From IMG/VR virus record IMGVR_UViG_3300028048_000113, positions 1-64,000 of that record: a DNA stretch of 64,000 nucleotides; one strand, written 5' to 3'. Both the position numbers and the translations under genes were made by a program. Every line of letters starts with the position of its first letter. Positions within the stretch are counted from its first letter, which is position 1. This DNA is from a virus (taxonomy: Duplodnaviria; Caudoviricetes). The notes beneath the pieces were generated by a model. The model ran no database searches, had not been told where the DNA came from, and was given only the letters and a program-made list of their open reading frames with translations. This document shows, piece after piece, positions 1 through 9,464 of this stretch.

Positions 1-2
1 AG

Positions 3-749
3 GAGCTTACACCTGATAACACACTTGATGGATTCTTTGATTATGTAAAGTCTCTTGATCCTGCAAAGTTTTCTGACACTCCTAACCTTGTAATTTTTGG
101 TGAGTGGCTGAGAAAGAACAAGATTATTTATGAGGCTGATAACATGCATAAGTGGTATGTATATGATATTTTTGATCTTACCACAGAGCAGTGGATGCCT
201 CAGGATTTTGTAAAGAATTTCTGCAAGAAGCATGATCTTATTTATGTTCATGTTCTCTATGAGGGACCTTTCATTTCTTGGGATCATTGCAAGACTTTCA
301 TGCACTCTCCAATGTATGGAGACAGACAGGAGGGTATTGTAATTAAGAACCAGACAAAGCTCAATGAGCCAATTATTAGAGATCCTGTATACCTTAAGAT
401 TGTAAATGATGATTTTAAGGAGACTCAGAAGCAGAAGGCACCTAAGTCTGCTGAGCAGATTGCTGCTGGTAATGAGGCTATGGCTCTTGCTCTCACAATT
501 ATTACTGAGAGAAGAGTTGAGAAGATGATCTATGCACTCAGAGATGATGGTATTTTCCCTGAGACTTTTGAGGCAAAGGACATGAAGCTTGTTGCTCAGC
601 ACCTTCCTAGAAGAGTCTATGAGGATTGTCTTAAGGAGGAGCCTGAGACTGTTGCTGCAGTTGATGCACTTGGAGCACAGCCTTTTGGCAAGATTTGTGG
701 TTCTATTGTAATGAAGATTGCTAGGAACCTCATTATTGGTGGAAAGTAA
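3..749 (+). CDS. RNA ligase, Rnl2-like nucleotidyltransferase (5' truncated by window edge)
   Basis: Frame is open from position 3; nucleotidyltransferase motifs IFGEW (III), YVYDI (IIIa), EGIVIK (IV), YLKIV (V). Confidence 0.75.
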   Translation, partial: ELTPDNTLDGFFDYVKSLDPAKFSDTPNLVIFGEWLRKNKIIYEADNMHKWYVYDIFDLTTEQWMPQDFVKNFCKKHDLIYVHVLYEGPFISWDHCKTFMHSPMYGDRQEGIVIKNQTKLNEPIIRDPVYLKIVNDDFKETQKQKAPKSAEQIAAGNEAMALALTIITERRVEKMIYALRDDGIFPETFEAKDMKLVAQHLPRRVYEDCLKEEPETVAAVDALGAQPFGKICGSIVMKIARNLIIGGK

Positions 750-754
750 GAAAC

Positions 755-785
755 AAGGGGCAGCATGAGAAATCATGCTGTCCTT
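755..785 (+). terminator. Hairpin after ligase gene
   Basis: GGGCAGCATGA-gaaa-TCATGCTGTCC inverted repeat. Confidence 0.6.
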
Positions 786-801
786 AACAAAAGGTGAAAG
801 T

Positions 802-945
802 ATGAAAAGAGATGCAATTTTAGCCAAAGTGCTTGAAAGAATGATTATTAAAGCATTAAAGCAAGAGGATAAAGAACCTACGACTGAAAATATTGAGGCC
901 TTTATTGATAATGCTCTAAAGGAAATTGAAGAGGAAAATAAGTAA
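802..945 (+). CDS. Small hypothetical protein (47 aa)
   Basis: AAGGTG RBS-like site, ATG 802, TAA 943-945; fills the gap between terminator and next gene. Confidence 0.55.
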   Translation: MKRDAILAKVLERMIIKALKQEDKEPTTENIEAFIDNALKEIEEENK

Positions 946-953
946 GGTAAAGT

Positions 954-1445
954 ATGAAAATTTATTTTGACATGGATGATGTAATTGCAAATTTCAGCAA
1001 GGGTATGCTGGAGTTGTGTAATATTAGACCATTTGGTCAGAATAATTTTAAGATGGTTAATCTTCTTTATTCAAGAATGAGAGAAATTGACCATTATTAC
1101 AGCAAACTTGAACCTATTCAGGAGGCAGTTGATCTCATGATGGAACTTTATGAGAAGTATGGTGATGATGTTCAAATTCTTACTGCTATTCCTAAGCCTC
1201 ACAGAAAGATACCAGATGCAGCTGAAGATAAGATTGACTGGGTCAAGAGGTTGATTTCTGAAGACATTAAGGTAAATACTTGCTATAGAGCAGAAAAGAT
1301 TAATTTCTGTACTGGTGAGGATTGCATCTTAATTGATGACTTCTTTATGAATGTAGATGAATGGGAAGCTGCTGGTGGAACAGGAATTCTATATAAAGAT
1401 ATTAATGAAGTAAGAAAAATTTTAAAAGACAAAGGTATTTTATAA
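954..1445 (+). CDS. 5'(3')-deoxyribonucleotidase, HAD family (NT5C-like)
   Basis: N-terminal IYFDMDDV (DxD) motif, ILTA motif II, LIDD motif IV. Confidence 0.85.
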   Translation: MKIYFDMDDVIANFSKGMLELCNIRPFGQNNFKMVNLLYSRMREIDHYYSKLEPIQEAVDLMMELYEKYGDDVQILTAIPKPHRKIPDAAEDKIDWVKRLISEDIKVNTCYRAEKINFCTGEDCILIDDFFMNVDEWEAAGGTGILYKDINEVRKILKDKGIL

Positions 1446-1464
1446 AAGAAAGGAAACTAGAACT

Positions 1465-1767
1465 ATGAGAATTGGTTTTATGGATTCAGATGGCAACAAA
1501 ACAATTGTTGACGCTACGATTTTTTCAAAGGAATTAACAAGTGCAGAAACTCCAATAGTTTGGATTATTACAGATGACGCTGGTGATTCTTATTTCTCAA
1601 AAGATCCTGATCTTCTTGATAATTTTGATACTCTTTTCAATAATTTACTTAGGAATGGTTATGTTGATCTTACTCAGTATGATGTATATTGTGATGTCGG
1701 CATTGATGAAGATGAAGATGATGACGACGAAGATGATGACAGTGACGACGGCGATTGGGACTGGTAA
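1465..1767 (+). CDS. Hypothetical protein with acidic C-terminal tail
   Basis: AAGGA RBS; poly-Asp/Glu tail. Confidence 0.6.
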   Translation: MRIGFMDSDGNKTIVDATIFSKELTSAETPIVWIITDDAGDSYFSKDPDLLDNFDTLFNNLLRNGYVDLTQYDVYCDVGIDEDEDDDDEDDDSDDGDWDW

Positions 1768-1810
1768 ATCATTAATTACAATTTAAAACTAAAAAGGAGT
1801 TAAAAAATAA

Positions 1811-3653
1811 ATGGATTTCTGGTTATTTAAAGGAATAACGGAATTCGTTTATTGGTACCCAGCAATCATGGCAATGATGTGGGTACTTGGCTCCCTTATT
1901 TTTTTATTTTTCAAATGAAAGAAAGGGAGCATTGCCAATAGACGATCTTCCTTTTGTTTCTATTTTGATGCCTGCACATAATGAAGGTGACATCCTTTAT
2001 AATGTTGTAGAAGAAATGACAAAATTAAACTATCCTAATTATGAGATTATTCTTATTAATGATGGTAGTTCAGATAATACTGCAGAAGTATTGAAAAATA
2101 TTGTAAAAGCATATGATATTGTAAGAGTTATTGACTTGCATCCAAATTGTGGTAAAGCAAATGCTTTATATCTTGGAACTATTGCTGCAAAAGGAGAAAT
2201 TCTTGTAGGAGTAGATTCTGATTCTTATTTGGATAAAAATGCTCTTAGATACTTAGTTTCACATTTTACAAATAAACATAATGGTGAAAGAGTTGGTGCT
2301 GTAACTGGTAATCCTCGTGTAAGAAATAGAGGTACATTACTTAGTAAGTTACAGCTTTGTGAATATGCATCTATTATTTCACTTATTAAAAGAACTCAGA
2401 GAGTCTTAGGTAAAGTTATGACAGTCTCTGGAGTTTGTGTTGCATATAGAAAAAGAGCTCTTATGGAATGTGGTTTCTGGGATAGAGACATGATGACAGA
2501 AGACATTGCTGTTACATGGAAACTAGAGAAAAACTTCTGGGATGTAAGATATGAACCAAGAGCACTTTGTTGGATGCTTGTTCCTGAAACAGTGAAAGGT
2601 CTTTGGAAGCAGAGAAAAAGATGGGCTGAAGGTGGTCTTGAAGTTATTTTTAGACATTATGATATTTGGGGTTCTTGGAAAAGAAGAAGAATGACTCCAA
2701 TATATCTTGAACAAGTTTGTTCTTTCTTCTGGTCAGTTTGTTGGTTAATTCTTACTATTATTCTTTTAATAATGGAATTTAATAATCAGCATGTTTTTAC
2801 TGAGTACTTATGGAAGAGTCAATTCTTGTCCTTTGTATGTTTACTCCAGTTTGGAGTAGCAATGTGGCTTGAACAGCATTATGATAAGAATATTCTTAAA
2901 TCAACTTGGTCAGTTATTTGGTACCCTCTTGTTTATTGGTATGTTAATGTATTTATTACATTAGCAGCACTTTTGAAAGCTATACTTCCTAAAAAGAAAC
3001 TTGCTACTTGGAAGTCTCCTGATAGAGGCATAACTCAAATGAACAAAGAAGAAGAGGAATTTGTAATAAAAGATAATAAGCCTGAAATTACTTATGATGA
3101 TATTAAGGTAAGTAGACTTATTCAATCTATTGATGCTGATGGTACAAAGGATCTTTCATCTCCATTGATTGATGGTACAATTGAAAATCCTGCAGTTGAT
3201 CCTCATTCTACAAAACACATTGAAACTGACACAAAACAAAAGAAATGGAAAAGAGTTCTTGAAGTTATCTTAACTGTAATAGCTTGGGTTTACATGATTG
3301 TTTACTGGGCTTTTATGATTTATGGTATTATTTGTGATAAGTTAGGTAAGCCTATTAAGGAATGGTGGATCTATACAGCAGATACTATACATCAAACAGA
3401 ACATTACTTCTATATTTTATTTATTGCAATTTTAATTGAAATCTTAGTTCTTATTTTCTGGAAAGAATATAATAGATTAAGATTTGGTAAAAAAGATAGA
3501 AGAAAGTTCAAGCCTCTTGTTACTGAAGAAGAGCTTGATGAATATTTCAAATTAGATGAGGCACTAGCTTATTCTTTACACAATGATAAGTATATTGAAT
3601 TACTAGAAAATCCTATACCTCAAGGAATGGGTCAAGGAAAAAAGTCTAGTTAA
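1811..3653 (+). CDS. pgaC: Poly-beta-1,6-GlcNAc synthase PgaC/IcaA fused to PgaD-like domain; frameshifted at T7 run 1899-1905
   Basis: AAGGAG RBS then ATG 1811 encodes the typical PgaC first TM segment (FVYWYPAIMAMMWVLGSL) but stops at 1918; removing one T joins it to ORF 1887-3653, which has GT2 motifs NDGS, DSD, TED, QRKRW and a PgaD-like C-terminus (LTVIAW...WKEYNRLRF...EEL). Confidence 0.85.
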
Positions 3654-3659
3654 TGCTTA

Positions 3660-3689
3660 TTTACAAGATATATTATTTTAGTTTATAAT
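3660..3689 (+). promoter_or_regulatory. SigmaA-like promoter
   Basis: TTTACA-N18-TATAAT upstream of AAGGAG RBS. Confidence 0.65.
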
Positions 3690-3721
3690 AATAATATCTT
3701 AAATTAAGGAGTCCTATTTTT

Positions 3722-4777
3722 ATGTGGAAAACTGCTGATAAGGTAAAGATTGTATATAGTGCTAGTAAGTACACTTATAAAGGTTCAAAATATCCACAAG
3801 CTTATGTTGTAACAAATAAGTCTCAGCTTGATACAGCTATTAGATGGGCAGGTTCTAGCATTTATGATCCTGTAGCAAAGAAATACATATCAGTTACACC
3901 TAAAATTATAGAAACAGACAATAAAGGCTTTACACTTACATTAGGATATGCACCTGGTGGTGCATGTTGTGGTGGAAAGCTTTCTTTTTGTAATTGTGTT
4001 ATTGAAAAGGAAGGCATTGATACTTTTATTGTAGGCATTAATACAGAATTCTTGATTGATATGTTGTTGGATGCTACAATGACAAAGGGAACAGTACAGG
4101 AAGAAATTATCTTTGCAAAAGATAATGGAAATCTTGGTGCTATTGCAATTGGTTCAAAACAGTATCAGGAACTCATGGCAGATGAAGCTAAAAGAGCTGA
4201 AGTAGCTTCTAGTAAGAAGACAAAGAACTGGATTCCAGGTTCTGTATATTCTACACTTACTCAGCATGACTTGTATATTGGAGACTTTAGAGATGTAGTA
4301 AAGATAGATACTTCTGATTGGAGATTAAATTCATTAAGGTTTACTTTTAATGAAGAAGGTCCTAAAAAGCCTTTTACAAAGGGTATATATCCTGATGTAA
4401 CTTCACCTCTTGAGGAAAGAATTTATGAGGGATTGGGTTGGACTAATTTACAGTCTTGTCCATCTAGAATGTTTACAGAAGAAATTATTCCTTATGATGC
4501 TAACTATAATGAAAAAATCAAAGAGTTAGTACTTAAGTATATTAGTGATTACAAAAATAATTATTTAAGTGCTACAACACTTATAGAAGTTGCTTTTAGA
4601 TTTTATGATAATGATCCTGAATTTACAAAGAAGTGTCTTCCTTATGTTATAAAATTAGTTAATGAACCTTCTAAGTATATATCTACTTATAAGTATTATG
4701 AAATAAACTGGGGAAGCACTCATGTAACACTTAATACTTGGGAAGAATTTATCAATAAGTTGATTGAATTGTGCTAA
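3722..4777 (+). CDS. Hypothetical protein, tandem paralog 1
   Basis: 351 aa; N-terminal ~200 aa and last ~13 aa clearly similar to 4790-5830. Confidence 0.75.
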   Translation: MWKTADKVKIVYSASKYTYKGSKYPQAYVVTNKSQLDTAIRWAGSSIYDPVAKKYISVTPKIIETDNKGFTLTLGYAPGGACCGGKLSFCNCVIEKEGIDTFIVGINTEFLIDMLLDATMTKGTVQEEIIFAKDNGNLGAIAIGSKQYQELMADEAKRAEVASSKKTKNWIPGSVYSTLTQHDLYIGDFRDVVKIDTSDWRLNSLRFTFNEEGPKKPFTKGIYPDVTSPLEERIYEGLGWTNLQSCPSRMFTEEIIPYDANYNEKIKELVLKYISDYKNNYLSATTLIEVAFRFYDNDPEFTKKCLPYVIKLVNEPSKYISTYKYYEINWGSTHVTLNTWEEFINKLIELC

Positions 4778-4789
4778 GGAGAATAATCT

Positions 4790-5830
4790 ATGTGGAAAAC
4801 AGCAGAAAAGGTTAAGATTGTCTACAGTGTTCATGACAAGATAGAATATAAAGGTAAGAAATATCCACAGGCCTTTGTTGTTACAAAGGATACTCAGTTG
4901 AATGGAGCTATTTCTTGGGCTGATTGGAGTGGAAAGAAGAAGCCTATCATTGTAGAAACTGATAATAAAGATTTTACTCTTACAATTGGTTATGCTCCTG
5001 AAGATTCCTACAATGGTGGTAAGAGATCATTCTGTAACTGTATCATTGAGAAGGATGGAATTGATACATTTGTAGTTGGTATCAACTCAGAATATCTTTT
5101 TAATGAATTAATAGAAACAACTGTAGTTAATGGTGTTTTCCAAAGCAAGATTATTTTTGCAAAGAATAATAATAATCTTGGTGCAATAATTGAAGGTTCA
5201 ACTCTTTATAAGGAACTTATGAAGGATGAGGGAACTAGAGATAAGATTGCAACAAGCAAGAAGACTAAGAATTGGGTTCCTGGATCAGTTTATTCTACTC
5301 TTACACTGTCAGATCTTTATCTTGGTGAATATAGAGATGTAATTGATTTAGAATGTATTTCTACTATTACATATGGTGATACATATAAGCTTACTTACAA
5401 TAAAGAAGGTCCCAAGAGGCCTTTCATGTATACTTATAATAATGAAAGAAATTGTGGTGAACTTATTTTTAGAGGTTTAAGTAGATCTTATATTGATAAA
5501 GTATCTGCAAGAGTCTTCACAAAAGAACTTATCCCCTTTGATGCTAATTATAAAACAACAATAGAAAATAAGATATATGATTATCTTAAGAAGAATTTCA
5601 AGGATAGATGGATAAAAGTTTCTGACATTATTGGAATAGGCTTTAGGTTCTATGATGAAGATCCTGAATACACAAAGAAGATGCTTTATTTAGCATTAGA
5701 TTATCTCAAGAGTGGTACTGATCTTTGGTATTTGGATAGAGTAAAATATTATCATATCTACTGGGAATCTGATCACTATCAGTTCAAGACATGTGAAGAG
5801 TTTATTAATAAGTTAATTGAAATAATTTAA
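4790..5830 (+). CDS. Hypothetical protein, tandem paralog 2
   Basis: 346 aa; shares MWKTA.KVKIVYS, SFCNC.IEK.GIDTF, SKKTKNW.PGSVYSTLT, EEFINKLIE with paralog 1. Confidence 0.75.
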   Translation: MWKTAEKVKIVYSVHDKIEYKGKKYPQAFVVTKDTQLNGAISWADWSGKKKPIIVETDNKDFTLTIGYAPEDSYNGGKRSFCNCIIEKDGIDTFVVGINSEYLFNELIETTVVNGVFQSKIIFAKNNNNLGAIIEGSTLYKELMKDEGTRDKIATSKKTKNWVPGSVYSTLTLSDLYLGEYRDVIDLECISTITYGDTYKLTYNKEGPKRPFMYTYNNERNCGELIFRGLSRSYIDKVSARVFTKELIPFDANYKTTIENKIYDYLKKNFKDRWIKVSDIIGIGFRFYDEDPEYTKKMLYLALDYLKSGTDLWYLDRVKYYHIYWESDHYQFKTCEEFINKLIEII

Positions 5831-5840
5831 GGAGTAATAT

Positions 5841-6320
5841 ATGATAGTTAATTTTTCAAATGAGCCTGTGAATTATGATAATTTTGAATCTATCTTTTTA
5901 GCAGGACCAACACTTAGAAATTCTAACTATGCAACAGATAGTTGGAGAGTAGAGGCTGTTAAGATTCTTGAAGAACTTGGCTTTGATGGCACAGTCTATA
6001 TTCCTGAGTTTACTGATCTTGAATCAATGAAAGATTTTGATGAAGAAAGACAGACAAGATGGGAATGGGAAGCACTTGCAAATTCAAGTCTTATTGTTTT
6101 CTGGGTTCCTAGAAATAATACAGATCTTCCTGGTTTTACTACAAATGTTGAATTTGGTAGATATGTTACAATGTGTCCTGAAAAGGTATTTTTAGGAAAT
6201 CCTCCTGATGCAACAAAAATGAAGTACTTACAGATGCTTTATACACAGTGCACAGGAAGAACAGAAAAGTCTACAATGAGAGATACATTAAAAGAAGCAC
6301 TTAATAGTTTGTGGGGTTAA
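5841..6320 (+). CDS. Nucleoside 2-deoxyribosyltransferase-like protein
   Basis: SIFLAGPT...WR, QTRWEWEAL, LPGFTTNVEFG pattern. Confidence 0.7.
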   Translation: MIVNFSNEPVNYDNFESIFLAGPTLRNSNYATDSWRVEAVKILEELGFDGTVYIPEFTDLESMKDFDEERQTRWEWEALANSSLIVFWVPRNNTDLPGFTTNVEFGRYVTMCPEKVFLGNPPDATKMKYLQMLYTQCTGRTEKSTMRDTLKEALNSLWG

Positions 6321-6323
6321 GAT

Positions 6324-6668
6324 ATGAAGAATATTGCTTATGAATTTGGAAAGCTAATTATTTGTTTAACTATTGCAATTTTTATTTCTGTAGGTATTGG
6401 GGCTGCATTTAGATATGCAATCAATAAGAATCTTGAACCTGAACAATCAGAGAAGATTGAACAAATTGTTAATACTCCAGTAATGGCAGATGAAACATCA
6501 AATTTAACAAAAATTGAAAATAGTGCTCCATATACAGGTATTTATGATTTTAGAGATCCTGAAACTGGTATACATTATTTAATTGTTGCAAGAACTAGTA
6601 GTGGTACTTATACTACATGTTCTATTACTCCTAGATTAGACAAAGATGGAAATATAATGAAAGATTAA
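6324..6668 (+). CDS. Membrane-anchored protein, DUF6440-like C-terminus
   Basis: N-terminal TM helix; DPETGIHYL...ITPRLDKDG. Confidence 0.5.
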   Translation: MKNIAYEFGKLIICLTIAIFISVGIGAAFRYAINKNLEPEQSEKIEQIVNTPVMADETSNLTKIENSAPYTGIYDFRDPETGIHYLIVARTSSGTYTTCSITPRLDKDGNIMKD

Positions 6669-6679
6669 GGTGATAAATT

Positions 6680-7216
6680 ATGGATTTAATATCAGTGTCA
6701 AAATTTATTAGTTTGATTCTTCGACATAAGCCGGAGACTATTAACATTACTCTTGATGAGCATGGATGGGCTAATGTAGATGAGCTCATTGATGGGGTTG
6801 CTAAGCAATATCCTGGCTTTGATATGACAGAACTTGAGGCAATTGTAAGAACTGACAATAAGCAGAGATATTCCTTTAATGGAGATAAAACTTTAATAAG
6901 AGCAAATCAAGGTCATTCTATTCCTGTAGATGTAGAACTTAAAGAAGTAGAACCTCCTCAGTATTTATATCATGGAACAGCTACTAGATTTGTTACTATA
7001 ATTAGTAAAGAAGGATTAAAGCCTATGTCAAGACTTTATGTTCATCTTTCTAAAGATTTTGATACTGCAATTAAAGTAGGTTCTAGACATGGTAAGCCAT
7101 TTGTTTATACAATTGATTCAGGTAAAATGTATCAAGATGGTTACAAATTTTATTTATCTGAAAATGGTGTATGGCTAACTAAAGAAGTTCCTACAAAGTA
7201 TTTAATAAAAATCTAA
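6680..7216 (+). CDS. kptA: RNA 2'-phosphotransferase Tpt1/KptA
   Basis: SKFISLILRHKP, IRANQGHS, LYHGT, RLYVHLS motifs. Confidence 0.95.
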   Translation: MDLISVSKFISLILRHKPETINITLDEHGWANVDELIDGVAKQYPGFDMTELEAIVRTDNKQRYSFNGDKTLIRANQGHSIPVDVELKEVEPPQYLYHGTATRFVTIISKEGLKPMSRLYVHLSKDFDTAIKVGSRHGKPFVYTIDSGKMYQDGYKFYLSENGVWLTKEVPTKYLIKI

Positions 7217-7233
7217 AAGAAGAGGAATACATA

Positions 7234-7464
7234 ATGTTTAATTATTGTATGAGATATACATATTGTCCACATTGTGGAACTGATCTTGAAACAAAACAAG
7301 ACATGAATGAAACTTATTATAAGTATAAAAAGCACCATGTTTATCTTGAAAACTGTGAAGTATGTGGTACTTATTTTGTAACTGATTTTAATGGTTTTTG
7401 TGAAATAGTAGATAAAAACTTTGCAAATGGGCATAAACGCCAAAATCAAATATGGTGGAACTAG
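7234..7464 (+). CDS. Zinc-ribbon protein
   Basis: CPHCG ... CEVCG. Confidence 0.6.
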   Translation: MFNYCMRYTYCPHCGTDLETKQDMNETYYKYKKHHVYLENCEVCGTYFVTDFNGFCEIVDKNFANGHKRQNQIWWN

Positions 7465-7540
7465 TAAAAAAAACTATTTATGTACTTTAATTAGTATGTT
7501 ATAATAAGCTTTATTAAACCTTAAGGAGAAAACAACAACT

Positions 7541-8053
7541 ATGTCAATTCAGAAATTTGATTCATTAATTGATGGTAACCTTTTCTATATCAATAAGGAT
7601 GTTATTGAGCAGTGTGTATACTCTGGTGTCTTTGATAGATACAAGAAAGAAGCTAAGATAAGATACAAGACAACTTGGGTTATTGTCAAGAAGAGAAATA
7701 GAATTGATTTAGATGAGTCTTTTAATCACTGTCATGATTGTGGCAAAGAAGTAGAAGTATGCAATAAGGATTGCTACAGAACTCTTAAGGAAGCCATTGA
7801 GGCTAGAATTAAGAGAAATGAGGAGCTTGCTGCTGATCTTGCAGCTAAGAAAGCTAGAGCTAGAATTATAATTAATCATCTTAAGACAATGATGCCTTCA
7901 TTAGAAGAGACACTTAAGTATATTCTTGAAAGAGCAGAACTTGATGAGAATGAGGCTGTGGCAATTGCAGAACAGCTTCAGGATTTTATTGGAGTTAATG
8001 TTTCAGGAATTGAGGTTGGTAGTCAATTAGATCATGAATTCTATTATGACTAA
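7541..8053 (+). CDS. Hypothetical protein
   Basis: AAGGAG RBS, 170 aa ORF. Confidence 0.65.
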   Translation: MSIQKFDSLIDGNLFYINKDVIEQCVYSGVFDRYKKEAKIRYKTTWVIVKKRNRIDLDESFNHCHDCGKEVEVCNKDCYRTLKEAIEARIKRNEELAADLAAKKARARIIINHLKTMMPSLEETLKYILERAELDENEAVAIAEQLQDFIGVNVSGIEVGSQLDHEFYYD

Positions 8054-8073
8054 TAAATTATTTATAATATTAT

Positions 8074-8099
8074 AAAGGAGATTTTATATCTCCTTTTTA
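8074..8099 (+). terminator. Rho-independent terminator
   Basis: AAAGGAGAT/ATCTCCTTT stem followed by T run. Confidence 0.6.
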
Positions 8100-8107
8100 T
8101 TTGCCTA

Positions 8108-8136
8108 TTTACAGCATCTATTATTTATATTATAAT
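8108..8136 (+). promoter_or_regulatory. SigmaA-like promoter
   Basis: TTTACA-N17-TATAAT. Confidence 0.7.
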
Positions 8137-8165
8137 TATAAATATATAAAGGAGATAACAACAAC

Positions 8166-8969
8166 ATGGATTTAAACAATGCTAATTACAAGATGTACAT
8201 GGAAAGAATGGACACTTCCTATACAAAGACCACAAAGGGTCTGATTCCTATGTTTGCAAAGGGAAAGACCTTAGATGTTGGCTGTGGCTCTGGAGTACTT
8301 CTTAGGCAATTAAAGGATGCAAAGGGAATTGATCTTAATCCCAAGGCAGTAGGGATTTGTAATGAACAGAACTTAAATGCTGAATGTATCTCTCTCCATG
8401 ATGTTGAAGGTACTTATGATACCATTATTTTCTCCTCTGTATTACATGAATTTAGTAGTTATGATGACCATCAGAGATACACAGAATGGCCCATTCTGGA
8501 AGCTCTTAAGGATGCAAATAGGAAATTAAATGAAGATGGTCAGATAATCATTAGAGATGGTATTAAGGGTAAGAAGATATATGCTACTCTTACTGCCAAG
8601 AATGTCAAAGTAGTTGAAGACTTTAAGAAGTATGTCATTGATGCACCTATGTGGGACAATGATACTTTTGTTGTATATGATGATCTTAAGATTACAGCTC
8701 CTATCTATCTCTTAAAGGAGTTCATGTTCACCTATACTTGGGGACCTGATAGTTATCCTAGAGAAGTACAGGAGCAGTATGGTATTCTTAGACCTGGAAA
8801 GTGGCTTGATCTTGTAAACAAGGCTGGCTTCAAGGTTACTTGCCTTAAGATCAAGGAAGAAGAGTATGCAGATTATCTCTCTGAGCATTTTGAAAGAGAT
8901 GATACTCTGGAGTACATTTTCAAGGATTCCACAATCTTTTTAGTAGCCAAAAAGTGTAAGGCTATTTAA
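8166..8969 (+). CDS. Class I SAM-dependent methyltransferase
   Basis: LDVGCGSG motif I, GIDLN motif II, YDTIIFSSVLHE motif IV. Confidence 0.85.
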   Translation: MDLNNANYKMYMERMDTSYTKTTKGLIPMFAKGKTLDVGCGSGVLLRQLKDAKGIDLNPKAVGICNEQNLNAECISLHDVEGTYDTIIFSSVLHEFSSYDDHQRYTEWPILEALKDANRKLNEDGQIIIRDGIKGKKIYATLTAKNVKVVEDFKKYVIDAPMWDNDTFVVYDDLKITAPIYLLKEFMFTYTWGPDSYPREVQEQYGILRPGKWLDLVNKAGFKVTCLKIKEEEYADYLSEHFERDDTLEYIFKDSTIFLVAKKCKAI

Positions 8970-9092
8970 CTAAGTAAGTTGTTTTACTAGAAGGTTACAG
9001 TTATATATTTATAATTGTAACAATGTCAAAAAGTGTTTACAATCTTTTGTAATGAGTGTACAATATATTTATTATAAAGGAGGGTAAAACTT

Positions 9093-9464
9093 ATGACAGC
9101 TAGTAGACAGAACTATCAGAGAAGAGTAAACTTTATCAAGAAGCTTACAATAGTTAGAAATGTTATTTTTGCTATTGGTTTGATTTGTAGCATCCCCTTA
9201 ATTGGTGAATACACTGGTGCAAATTTTGCATTATTTTATGGAATTCATTTGGCTATAGTATTAGTCAACTTAGCTTTAGTAGTAGGAATTGAATATTTCA
9301 TCATTAATGTAGTAATCTTTAATGGTGATATTGATTTTGAACCTATCTTTGACTGGTACATTAGAGATACTAGAATTTCATATGCTAAGTTTCTTAAAAA
9401 GAATAAGTTGAAAGACTCTGATGAAAATTTTAGAGCATATAGAAAGGAAATTTCATGTATTTAA
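9093..9464 (+). CDS. Membrane protein
   Basis: Two hydrophobic segments; AAGGAGG RBS; promoter TTTACA-N17-TACAAT at 9036-9064. Confidence 0.6.
   Translation: MTASRQNYQRRVNFIKKLTIVRNVIFAIGLICSIPLIGEYTGANFALFYGIHLAIVLVNLALVVGIEYFIINVVIFNGDIDFEPIFDWYIRDTRISYAKFLKKNKLKDSDENFRAYRKEISCI

Noticed and set aside
3722-5830. Diversity-generating retroelement target/template pair
   Set aside because: No reverse transcriptase in the window and no near-identical repeat differing only at adenines
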